Source: Octopus sinensis
Taxonomy: Eukaryota
Reading direction: 5' to 3'
DNA length: 64,000 nt
Assembly (NCBI RefSeq): GCF_006345805.1
Contig: NC_043006.1
Span: forward strand, 84,382,001 to 84,446,000
Shown: positions 41,348 through 53,900 of the stretch, one piece after another
Layout of the letters: each line of letters starts with the position of its first letter
Numbering within the stretch: position 1 is the first letter of the stretch
Program-made: the position numbers and the translations under genes
The notes under the pieces: generated by a model
The model's input: the letters and a program-made list of their open reading frames with translations, nothing else
Told to the model about the DNA's origin: nothing
Database searches by the model: none

Positions 41348-41597
41348 GTTTATAAGCCATTTAAAAACACACGAAAACCGTTAGATTCACTTCAAGATTT
41401 AAATTTTATTTATTTACATTATTTACAGTTGACAGATATTTGTCCTCATCTTGTTTGTTGTTAACACAATGTTTCGGCTGATATACCCGCCAGCCTTCAT
41501 CAGATGTCTTGGGGAAATATGCCCACGGACATATGGTGTAGTGGTTAAGAGCGTGGGCTACTAACCCCAAGGTTCCGAGTTCGATTCCAGGCAGTGA

Positions 41598-41669
<72 letters not shown>

Positions 41670-41924
41670 CAACAACAACTTCGAAAAATACCTTAGGAAT
41701 GAGAATCCATGTTCGGAATTTCCCCAAGACATCTGATGAATGCTGGAGAATATATCAGCCGAAACGTTGTGTTAACAATAAACAAGATAAGGACAAATAT
41801 CTGTCAATTGTAAATAATATAAATAATATACATAATTCCTCATCTCTTAAATATAGAAATGTATTAAATTTAAATCTTGAAGTGAATCTAACGGTTTTTG
41901 TGTGTTTCTAAATGGCTTATAAAC
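41348..41924 (+). mobile_element. tRNA-headed, hammerhead-bearing SINE-like element with inverted duplication (copy 2)
   Basis: Head 41527-41598, (AAT)n, hammerhead 41728-41773, tail to 41924; 41348-41524 is an inverted, internally deleted copy with a minus-strand hammerhead at 41463-41510. Confidence 0.85.
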
Positions 41925-43010
41925 ACCTTCCACGCGCATGGAAAAGTAACTCAGGCTTCGTAACGTAGGGTAAATATATGTACACACGCGAAAAATCACC
42001 CAACCTTTCGTTTGCAAACATCATTGTGTTATTTCGACCGCTTGTATCTGCTGAACAAAAATGGCGCATTAGTCGGCTGTTAGCTGCGTTATCTTCATCC
42101 CCACCACATTAGTTGATTGTAAGATTGCACAGAATTTAAATCTCTAGCCTTTTCTGCAAGATGGCATACGCAATAGCGGAAAGAGTGAAGATTGTGGAAG
42201 CGTACGTGAGAGCAGGTTCTATTGAGAAAACGCGCGTAATCTTTGAAGTCAAGTCTGTGGGTAAAGGCTTACTGACAAAGAGAACGATACAAATGTTGCT
42301 TAAGAAGTAGTACAAAGAATACAAGGAACGACCCTTCATCAGTTGTTGGCTCCCTCTCTACTCCTCATTTCGAGCAAACAATATATATTCATTTATGTAT
42401 TAAAGAAAGAAAAATAATAATAAATAAATAAATAAAACAAAGATGATTGTGTTCAGTATGTTGGCCACAAGAATTTCTGTCAAGAAGATATGGTTAAACA
42501 AACTTGACTTCAAAGATTACCCGCGTTTGCTCAATAGAACCTGATCTCATGTACGCTTCCGCAATCCTCACTCTTTCCGCTATAAAATGGTGACCAGTCC
42601 CACAGAGCAATGAAACCCTACGCCTAAGGATTATTCGAAGTCCAAAGCAGCCAGCACGTGAATTGGCGCAACAGTCTCACATAAGCAGGAAGTCATGCCA
42701 GCGGATGTTGAGAATCTAAAGATGATGCCATATCACTTTACATGTGTGCAGCAATTGAAAGTAGATAACATGAGCAAATGAGTAAATTACTGTACATCGC
42801 TAACGTTGAACTACACCCATTCCAACTCTTGTAAAGTTATTTCTGTATTTACACTAGGCTACGATATCCGGGCTACTTTTTGTTTGTATGTTCGTGTGTG
42901 TGTGTGTGTGTGTGTGGTGTGTGTGTCTGTGTGTGTGTATTCTGATCGAGTCCTCCATGTGTTACAGGTACCTCCTTTCGACAATGTAAACTTTCATTTA
43001 CTCAAGATAC

Positions 43011-43101
43011 CCTTGGCCTGACGAGTAGGCTGCGGTATACATCTCGTTTGGATATTTACCACTTCCGAGGTTCAGCTCTTTATGAAACATATGTAGCCCG
43101 G
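43011..43101 (+). ncRNA. Candidate type-I hammerhead ribozyme with long stem II
   Basis: CTTGGC CTGACGA GTAGG...TTTAT GAAA CATATG TA GCCCGG: canonical core, palindromic stem III (ACATATGT), imperfect stems I and II. Confidence 0.45.
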
Positions 43102-43489
43102 ATTTTATCTACACCATTCCTCAACTCTTCTATTTTTATTCGCATACTCGGTAACCCTGGTCGCCTACCGTGAAATATAAAAACTTTTTCCAGTTTATCG
43201 TAATTCGATACAAAAAAAATCTACAACCTTCCGTCTCAATAAATCACTATTGTCCCTGAAAGTTGTTTTTATATTTACTACGGATAGTTTGAAGCTAACT
43301 TTCTTCCTACAACTCGATCCTTGGATCTCATATATATACTGTTGGATTTTACTCATAAAGTATTGGAATTTTACAAGTATACAATTTTGCCTAAAAAATG
43401 GATCTACAAATTCAATATCCCTACATATCTCACATCTATTTTCTTTCCTCCACCTCACTCTCTACATTGTATCATATCTAAATTAACTA

Positions 43490-43600
43490 TTAACCATCAC
43501 CTCACACCGTCTCCGATGAAGGGATATAATAAATATCCTGGAAACAGCTGTAAGACCTTTTATCTATAAATGTTGTAATATCTACACAGCCTTGGTTTTT
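43490..43600 (+). mobile_element. Second copy of the CCGATGA hammerhead-like repeat (fold at 43509-43556)
   Basis: GTCT CCGATGA AGGGATAT AATAA ATATCCTG GAAA CAGCT GTA AGAC; tail matches 19858-19905. Confidence 0.7.
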
Positions 43601-43648
43601 TATCTCATTACGAAAATAATTTTTATATACATTTATATATATACATAT

Positions 43649-43727
<79 letters not shown>

Positions 43728-43864
43728 TAATAACACAGTATCCTATAAAGCTCGACGACCATTGTACCATCAGAAGCATGAAACTTATTGTGGTTCACAT
43801 TTAAATCCTGTGTATATTAATTATCTTTCACTGGATGAAATACTTGTGTGTGTGTGTGTGTGTG

Positions 43865-43898
<34 letters not shown>

Positions 43899-44898
43899 AT
43901 GTGTGTGTGTGTGTGTGTGTGTAAATGTAATGGGCTTTTCAAAGTTTCCTATAGTAGGAGCCACTTACCCAAGGTGTTGTGCGAACAACGTGCTAGCGAT
44001 GCGAAATTCTTAACCGTACGGTGATGCCTCCACGCAGTTTATGCCTTGTAATTTTCACCTACGAAATATTGTTCAACCGAGGGATATATTGTTAAAAAAC
44101 AAAAATTCTTTACCCAAAATACCTTGCGGGATTGGATGGTAACCGGAAGCACGTAGTTGTAAAATATTTTTTAAAAAAACAAGACAAAATAAGTAAACAA
44201 AGCAAATGTGTTAATAAACTGGTCGTGTCTACGCCTTCAGACAAATAACAATAGATTAAAGAAAAAAAAAAGCACCAAGGAAAGCCAGGAAGAAAGGAAG
44301 TTAGAATGCATGGTTCTAAGAGAAAATGTACCTTAGCAACAAGAAGAAGCTAATCAGGAACAGTCCAAGAGTACAATGTGCCATTAGTTCCAGACTGTTA
44401 AATGCACGAAACGACCTGGCGGCTTCAGACAGCCAAAACTTTAATCAATGGTTTCAAGAGAATCTATTGGCTGATGGCGACTTTCAACTGGAGAGTTTAA
44501 TTGCCAATGGAAGCAGAAGGGAAAAGGAATGCGTGTATGCATGTATGTGTCTGTGTGTGCATGTACGTATTTGTGTATGCATGTATGGGTACCCATGTGC
44601 GTAAGTACGTATATGTATGTACATGCATGAATGCTTGCGTGAACGTGCACGAATATGTGTGTGCATATGTACGTGGTGGATGTCATAACGTGTTTGTGTA
44701 ATGAAAGAAGCCGAATTTCGTTTGTCTTTCTTACATGTATAGGGTGCGACAGAAAAACCTCCCATATTTTTCTGAGTCATCGGCTTGGCGCTATTAAAGT
44801 TACGCAAATAATAATGGCATTTTCATGTAGCTAATATATTACCGTTTTTGCTCAGTTGTCAATATATTTGTTCTGTTCTCAATATTTGCTACACAGGA

Positions 44899-45560
44899 AG
44901 GTCGCGAGCTGGCAGAATCGTTACCACGCCGGGCGAAATGCTTAGTAGTATTTCGTCTGCCGCTACGTTCTGAGTTCAAATTCCGCCGAGGTCGACTTTC
45001 ATCCTTTCGGGGTCGATTAAATAAGTACCAGTTACGCACTGAGGTCGATGTAATCGACTTGATCTATTTGTCTGCCCTTGTTTGTCCTCTCTGTGTTTAA
45101 CCCCTTGAGGGTAGTAAAGAAATAGGTATTAAAAGGCGGCGAGCTGGCAGAATCGTTAGCACACCGGGCAAAATGTTTAGTAGTATTTCGTCTGCCGCTA
45201 CGTTCTGAGTTCAAATTCCGCCGAGGTCGACTTTCATCCTTTCGGGGTCGATTAAATAAGTACCAGTTACGCACTGGGGAAGTCGATATAATCGACTTAA
45301 TCCGTTTGTTTGTCCTTGTTTGTCCCCTCTGTGTGTAGCCCCTTGTGGGCAGTAAGGAAATAAGAATCGTTGGACACACCTGACAAAAGTGCTTAGCGCC
45401 ATTTCGTCCGTCTTTACGTTCTGAGTTCAAATTGTGCCGAAGTCAGCCTTGCCTTTCATCTTATCGGGGTCGATAAAAAAGTGCCAGTTGAACACTGGGG
45501 TTGATGTAATCAATTTATTCGTTCCTCGAAATTGCTGGCCTTGTGCCAAAATTCGTGTGC
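44899..45560 (+). mobile_element. SINE family B trimer flanked by an 18-bp direct repeat
   Basis: Three B units; AATATTTGCTACACAGGA (44881-44898) and AATGTTTGCTACACAGGA (45561-45578) bracket the array. Confidence 0.85.
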
Positions 45561-46099
45561 AATGTTTGCTACACAGGAGCAAAGTTGTAATATAATTTAC
45601 AAAAAAAAAAAGAAAAAAGAAAGAAAACTAAGTTTAACACTTTTAACCCGCGATTACGCTTTTACGGGGGTGGGCGACTTCATTTGGCTATATCACTGGA
45701 AAATACAAAAGCGGGTGGCCTTGTGGTTTTGTGCTTATGGCTAAAAATAACGATGCTTCTGCTAATTAGCGTGTCGTAAACACTAAACCATATTGCTGTT
45801 CGCTTTTGCGTCTTCCAAGGGTAGAACGAAATGAAATCGCTCCACCAAAGCGTATTTGCGGCTTCAAAGGGTTAATCAGTTTTGCTTCCCATGTCACCGG
45901 AAGTGAAATCAACAGTAGAACATCAGACTAAATGTCTTATATTATGTACGTGTCTCTTCTGTTTTAAGTTCAAATTCTGACTGGATCAACATAGCAGTTA
46001 TATCATGAGTTCAAGTTCTGCCTACTATAATACTAGTTCTGCAAAAGTGTGTGATTCAATGTCGGACAGTTTTATAATGTCTTTATAATATATGTATTT

Positions 46100-46310
46100 C
46101 TTTACTACCCACAAGAGGCTAAACGAGGACAGACAAAGGGTTTAAGTCGATTACAACGACCCCAGTGCGTAACTGGTACTTAATTTATCGACCCCGAAAG
46201 GATGAAAGGCAAAGTCGACCTCGGCAGAACTTGAACTCGGAATGTAACGACAGACGAAATACGGCTACGCATTTCGCCCGGCGTGCTAACGTTTCTGCCA
46301 GCTTGCCGCC
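46100..46310 (-). mobile_element. SINE family B
   Basis: Reverse-complement head ending GCCAGCTTGCCGCCTT, core and tail type 1. Confidence 0.85.
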
Positions 46311-46677
46311 TTATCTTTATAATATATGATCCGATGGAAGGCGCTGAGATGACAGAATTTTTAGCATACCGAACAAAATACTTAGCGGCATTTCGTCCGG
46401 CTTTATGGTTTAAGTTCTAACTTTTAATGTCACCCAGGTCGACCTTGCCCTTCATCCTCCTGGAGTCGGTAAAATAAGTAGCTGTAAAGCATTGGGCTCG
46501 ATGTGATCGACCTATTCCCCACTCAATCTTGCTGTTTCTGTGGCAAAATCTGAAACCAGTATATAATCCGAAGTAAAAATAAGATTGGAAGCGGGACACC
46601 GCAGTACCCCACATTCGCTTTTTATTTTAGTGAAATGTTCTCTTTCTCTGTCTACAGATACATATATAAATAAATAA

Positions 46678-46742
<65 letters not shown>

Positions 46743-48041
46743 ATATGTATGTATGTATGCAGCTGTATATATACACAAACGTATATGATATATATAAACA
46801 CACACACACACACACACATATATAGTTATACATGCAAATATATATATATATGAATAGTTTAATAATTGTAATTACATCCTTTGGTGCAACAGTAAATATA
46901 AACACACACACACGCACACGCATACACATATTGTACATTCTATTGTACTCAAGAAAGAAATTGCTATCATTAAAGCTATACTGTGATTCTGTGGAAAAAT
47001 TTGTTTATTTGCAAAGCTATTTTTAGCAATATTTAGCTCTCCTTACGTCTCCCTTCTACTTCACAGTAACGCATATCTGTCAACCCCTTTTCTTTATACA
47101 TATAGTGCACACACACATATATTTATATTCATATGTAGACCGTGTCTTTAAGTAGACTGTCTGGCACGAACAACTGCAGGATCCCTTAATTGTAGGTCGT
47201 TTTATAACCTATATAGATTTCACTTATATCTTCCCCTTGGGATGCGAGTTACAACAGCTGCTGCCATTGCTGCTGTTGGCTGATGTTGTTGTTGCTTCAC
47301 TGAATGCTTCTGCTGTTCTTGTTGTGCTATCCCAAGTCAACCCATCCTTTGCTGAGCAGATTGATGCTTGGGGCAAAAAATTAGTGTTAGTTAGCAAAAA
47401 ATTAGTGCCATGTATGAAATATAAGCCCTCATTTTAACTGGTCGTTGTCCCACGTTAGATGTAAAATGTGGCTCATTTTCAAACTGGTTATAAGCCAATG
47501 TCTAGTGTGAAATATATGTTTCGCCGCACCTCAAACGATAATAGAACGAGAAGAAACTAATAGAAAACCCAGAGCAGGTAAGAAATGTAGGCATCATTTG
47601 AAACGGTTAATATATTAATTTATATATATGATAGAGTTTTTGACTCTACTCACCGGAAGATGTGCATATACAGTTATTGCTGAGTAATATTAATGCAATG
47701 TTGTGTATAATATATGTAACATTCAGCAATGAAGAACTACTAATGATGCGCAGAAACAATTGTAGCGATATATAATAAAGCCTGTTAAATCCCTCTTCTC
47801 GTATTGACTATTTCGTTTTCCGGTTTTTCAACATTCCACCTTTAATATCTACTTCTTTCTCGCCTTTTCTCGCTTTCTCTCGTCTCTATTTTAGTTTGTT
47901 ATAACATGTGGGCAGTGTCTGAAGATTGTATTAGGACACCAGACGTGTTTCGCATGTTCTTATTACATGAAACTAATAGTAGCGCATAAAAAACACATTG
48001 TGTTTATAAAACATGTGTGTGTGCGTGTGAGTATATACATG

Positions 48042-48689
48042 TATTCTTTTGTTCTTTTACTTGTTTTAGTCATTTGACTGCAGCCATGCTGGAGCATCAC
48101 TTGAAGGGTTTTCGTCGAACAAAAATCGACCCAGGACGTTTTTTAAAATCTAATGCTATACTCCCGGCTCTTTTGCCGAACCGCTAAGTTACGGAGACGT
48201 AAACACACCAACACCAGTTGTCAAGCGGTGACGGGGGACAAACACAGACACAAAGACACACACACATACATACATTCATACATACATACATACATACAAT
48301 ACATACATACATACATACATAAATGCATACATACATACATACATACATACATACACTCATGCATACATACATACATACATACATACATACATACATACTA
48401 CATACATACATACATACATACATGTAACTACATGTGGATTGTTGGCGACTTTTTTTCCTCCGTCTTCCTTTTCTCTTGGACTTTCCTCTGTCTCCTGTTT
48501 CTGAAGAAGAGCTTTGCTCGAAATATAAAACACCCTTTCTATCCTTCCATGACCGTCGTTTAATGCTTTGCACGTACCACGTCCTCGCGTTGTTGCTTTT
48601 TTCTCGTGTTTTTTCTTCGTTCTTTTTTTTGGATTAATTATGTATGTGTGTGTATACACACACACACACAAATACACACACACACACAA

Positions 48690-48770
<81 letters not shown>

Positions 48771-48930
48771 TACGATGAGCTTCTTTCAGTTTCTGTCTAC
48801 TAAGTCCTTTTACAAATCCTTTTGTCGGCCCAAGGCTATATAGTGAAAGACATTTGCCTTAGGTGCCTCGCAGTGGGACTGAACCTGGAAGCACATGGTT
48901 TGGAAGCAACCTTCTTACCATAGAACTGCG

Positions 48931-48932
<2 letters not shown>
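48042..48932 (-). mobile_element. SINE family A split at its internal microsatellite by a hammerhead-bearing insert (48430-48640)
   Basis: Tail 48042-48270 and head 48770-48932 are in the same orientation, separated by (TACA)n, the insert and (CA)n/(TA)n. Confidence 0.7.
48496..48532 (+). ncRNA. Minimal type-I hammerhead ribozyme fold
   Basis: TGTTT CTGAAGA A GAGC TTT GCTC GAAA TA TA AAACA: perfect 5-bp stem I, 4-bp stem II, palindromic AUAU stem III, predicted cleavage after A48527. Confidence 0.7.
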
Positions 48933-48972
<40 letters not shown>

Positions 48973-49197
48973 TTGAGTATAAGTTACAACTATATACACG
49001 GATATGTTCTTTATGTCTTATACGCAACAGAAGAGGTGATAAAAATAATGGCCAATTCTTTACCTAAGAGTTTCCTATTTTGCTACAAGTAGGGAGAATA
49101 CGGCGCCTCATAATTATACGCGCACGGTTAGTAGCCTACCACCACCTCCCAATATCTTAGCCCAGGCTTCGGTAACTTATGGTACGCGTGCCATGTG

Positions 49198-49292
49198 TGG
49201 CACGCAGACCAATTCACAATGGCATGCAGACCAATTCACAATGGCACGCAGACCAATTCACAATGACACGCAGACCAATTCACATGGCACGC
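49198..49292 (+). repeat. 22-bp tandem repeat x4 in the hAT left subterminal region
   Basis: TGGCACGCAGACCAATTCACAA units at 49198, 49220, 49242 and 49264, then a partial unit. Confidence 0.95.
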
Positions 49293-49827
49293 ACGCCTCT
49301 TTGCAAAAAATAAATATAAATTTTTGTGTATAACTATATTTCAGGAAGCGACATCAAAATAATTAAATTACATGGTTATGCCCTTTTTTATGATCCAACT
49401 ATCTGAAGTTAGCTGTATTTGTTAGTACTACATTTCCTTAAAAATATAGTACTACTGAACACAAATAATTTTGACGATACCAAATTATAAATGTTAGCAC
49501 AGTTAACTTGTCTGTAAGTTGGGACTGAAAACATTTATATGTACTTTAATACTTAATCTAGAGCTTCAAGTGCCAATTTAAAAAAAATTAGTCGTATATT
49601 TAGCAGTGCAGATCATGATATATTAAATAAAGACACTCTTACATCATGATATGTCTAAATAAAGACACTCTTAAAAATGGGCTTCTACTTTGCGGGTCAT
49701 CTGTAAGTAGACTCTTTTAAAATTATTATCTCATTTTGAAGAAGAGAAAAAGGGAGAGAAAGAAGGAGAGAAAAAGAGATAGAGTCAGAGAGTGTGCCAC
49801 TTACACATACATGAGAACTCACACGTT

Positions 49828-49904
<77 letters not shown>

Positions 49905-49912
49905 CACACACA

Positions 49913-49950
<38 letters not shown>

Positions 49951-50935
49951 TGTACATGTAGGTACAAAAAAGATGTACGCATATGCATTGATGTATGTAC
50001 GTATACATGACAACACAGCCCTTCAATCACCCTCTCACTCTCTCTCTCTCTTCCGCTCTCTTTCTCCCTCTCGCTCTCACTCTCTCTTTCACACATACAC
50101 ACGTACATACAACTTTCACTTTCAAACAAAAGTAAATAAATAAAGAAAATTTACGGAAATTAACGAACTCCGGACGATGAAATTACATTCAGTTAAAAAT
50201 ATTTTTAAAGCATTTAAAACATTGTATACGTCAAAAAGTCGACGGTTTTTTTCTTAGAGTGCGTAAAGACTGTGCGTGTATGTCACAGAAAGCAGACGTG
50301 TGTTTGTGTTGATTGACAAGCCATGACATTCATTATATGTGTGTGTATTGTGTATGTGTGTATGTGTGTTTACGTCACGGAAGCCATGTAATTTTTGTCA
50401 AGAAATAACAAAAATTGTGTTTAATCGTTTAAATAGATGTCCAAATGTCACAAAAATTCGTACTGCACTGCTGAAAATAAACAGGTAAAAAGAATTAAGA
50501 TAAAATATACGATTTCTGAGCTATTTCAGTTATACACAAACATCCCTAGAGTTTTAGTATTATCAAGATGGAAATAAAAAGCGGTAGTGAGGAGTGTTTT
50601 CAAAGGCAAACATGGAAAGTAAAAAATTATACATTAAATTTATTTCATAAAAAATTTTTTTTTACTATTTATTTTATTCTAATTGTTATTATTTAGTTAT
50701 TTCATTTTTATTTCTTTTCTTTTTCTTGTTTCAGTCATTTGACTGTGGTCATGCTGGAGCACCGCCTTTAAAATAATCTAATATTGGGTTTTCTGTTCGA
50801 ACCTAACCTCGAACCTAACCCGCTGTGTTTTCACGACCAGGGCGCTATCAGTGCGCTATCGGCTATCATTTGTAGAATCTGGTTTAAGGGTTTATACACC
50901 TGTTAATATTAATTACCAATATACAGTGCTCCAAG

Positions 50936-53900
50936 ATGAATAACAAAAGACAAAAACTTGACGTTCGTTCATTTCAAGATTCCTGGATAACTGAGTATGG
51001 ATTTGTACAAATGATCGTGATGTGTGTGCATTCTGCTGTGAATCTGTCGTATGTCGTACATCAAGTGTACAGAGACATTATCAAACTAGACACCAGACTA
51101 TGTTAAAAACTCTGATGAGAAAAGAGAAGCCATAAAAAGGGTTATTTCTAGTTACAAAATAAAAAGCACTTCTGTTTTTGTTCAAATGCTTGGAACCAAA
51201 AATAAAGCCAACGAATGTAGATACACAATGTAGTTTCTGAATGTATAGCTGAGAAAGGTAAACCTTTTACGGATGGAGAATTTATCAAAAAAGCTTTTCT
51301 GAGGAACGCTAAAAGTTTGTTTAGTGATTTACCAAACACCGAAACAATACTGTCCCGAATTCAAGAAATACCAACTTCTGCAAGATCAATTAAAAGCCGG
51401 ATAACTGATGTAGCCGCATACAACAATAAAACAAAAAATTGGATTACAAAAAGCTGCTGCATTCAGAGTCGCTATCAATGAAAGAACTGACGTGAATGAC
51501 ATGGCGCGCCTAGTAATTGTTGCATGATACTGTGGCCATGATTGTATTTATGAAGAATTATGTTGATTGATTCCTCTTACCAATACAACTATAGGACAGG
51601 ACATTCTGATTGCATTTATAAATTATTTCGAAAATCAAACCATTAATATAAGTAAAATATATTGTATTACTACTGATGATGCACGCGCAATGTTTGGAAA
51701 GGAAAAAGAATTTGTTAAGCTTCTTGAAAATCATATTGGACGCAATGTAATAAGTTTTAATTGAATTATACATCAGGAAAATTTAGCTGCAAAAATTTCG
51801 TCACAAAGCTTGAGTTCTGTCATGGAGACTGTTAAAATAGCTAACTTCATAGATTCTAGCTCTTCACTGCCTCACTGACAATTTAAGACCCTTCTGCAAG
51901 AATTGGACAGCGAATATGCAGACCTCCCTCTATACAGTAATGTCCGTTAGCTTAGTCGGGGTAACGTTTTGAACAGATTTGTACCATACTTAGAAGAAAT
52001 CAAAATATCTCTTGAAGAGAAATATTTCCCAGAATTGAACAATGAAGACTGGTTATATAAATTGATGTTTCTAACTGACATAAGGAAACACTTGAATGAT
52101 TTAAATTTGCATTTACAAAGGAGAGATCAAAAAGTACTTGTTCTTTTTGAATACCGGACAGGAATTTTGTTAAAATTAGATATTTTTTGGCGTGATGAAA
52201 GATGGGGTCAAGATACTGAAGGCCACAAGAACTAACAAACTCAACTACTGGGGATATGGGATTGAACTCACTATCCAGGTGACAGTAGAGGATTTGAATA
52301 GGAATGCGGAGGAGATAGTACTACCAGACGACTCGAGATTAAGAACGACGGTAGAGGGCAGGTCGCCTGTATATTGTAAATGTGGAGAGAAGGGCTACAT
52401 GAAGGCATGGTGCACCCAGAAAAAGCAACAAGCAGAGCAGGTGGAGAGACAAGAGAGCGTGGACCAGGCAGAACAGGTCGAGGCAAAGGAAACAGAGGAT
52501 GAATTTACTGTGGTAAAAAAAAAGAAGGAGGAGCGGTTGGATAGGTTCTCTGCCAGAGAAACAGAAAAAGAAGAGAGAAGATATGAGAAAAGAAACTGTG
52601 AAGGAGGTCAGCAGAAAGGAAGACAAAAAGATGACAGAGAACGAAAGTAAAAAGGAAGTGGAGTTACACGTAAAGATACCAGTTGTTCAGGTGGAAAAGG
52701 ATTCGGAAATTCAGCTGGCCGAAGAGGAGATGGAGAGACTATTTAGAGTGGAGGAGGAAAAGAGAGAACAAAGAATTCAAAATAAAGGAAAGAAAATACA
52801 AGGAGGAAATGGAGTATGGTATTACGTGACCTACCCAACCCAAAGAATGTAGAAACAGAGAAGATAGTCAAGTTTAATCAAATAGTAAGAGTGAAAGTAC
52901 CATCATACATATACGCAGAGGATATGAAGGCGATAGTGATGGGAAAAGAAAATTACAAGAAACTGGAATAAATGTGTGGGGATAGTATTGACCCACCAGG
53001 AGTGAGGGTGGAATTCAAAGAATCGCCACCAGTAGTGGATTTAGTAGAAATTGAACCACTAATGAAATATTACTAAAAAGTAAATAAGTATGTTAAATTG
53101 ACAGGAAAAAAAGAAAAGAAAAAAAGGAAAAAAGAAAGAGTAAAGTGTTTTGTTATAACTAAAAAATATTGAAAAATAGAGGAACAATTTTAGAGAATGT
53201 ATATAACGGTTCAAATAATTGTAATGGCTGACGATACTTAATTGTTTTGTAAATACATGATAAAAACGGACAGTTTAAAAAGATTAATGGTAATGCATGT
53301 GATGAGGGGCGCATGCAGCCATTCATAACCCCATTGTTATATAATCATCTCATTCATATTCGTTTTATGTATTGTCCCCTCTGTTGTGTCCTGTCTGTCT
53401 TTGTTTATCCCCCTCTATTTCGGGCCCTTGTGGCTAATAAAAAAATCGACACTTAGCAATACTTACAAATACTTTCAAAATGTAAAAGCTTATTCAAATC
53501 GATTTAATGTTAATAAAAATGAACTTCAAAAATACATTGCAACGTTGAAAGAAGAATTTTCCCAGCGAGGTAAAGATTTCGAAACTTACGCTCCAATATT
53601 TTCTTTTCTCGTCAAAGCCGACTTGATTGATTTGAAAATGAACCCATTTGATTTATCACTTTTTGAGTGGATGCACGTCGATAGTCTTGAAATGGAAATG
53701 ATTGAATTAACAACTTCAGAATTGAGGAAAACAAAATTTGTGGAATTACGAAAAACTCATGAAAGAAGCTGCTTGGAGAAGTCTGTTTCCATCTTCAGTT
53801 GTTGGATGCCGTTGCCTGAAAGATTCAGTTCTTTGAAGAAAATCTCATATGCTCTGCTTTCAGCCTTTGGTTCAGCATATACATGCGAACAGATTTTTTC

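Noticed and set aside
41527-41598. Genuine tRNA gene (also SINE heads at 26054, 30711 and 35754)
   Set aside because: Acceptor and anticodon stems do not pair fully, and each continues into a repeat body; these are SINE heads.
45633-45876. Second piggyBac-like MITE
   Set aside because: Right end is AAAGGG|TTAA, but the left end matches only ~5 bases; no convincing TIR.
49198-49292. CRISPR-like repeats
   Set aside because: Units are directly adjacent with no spacers, lie inside a hAT end, and the context is eukaryotic.
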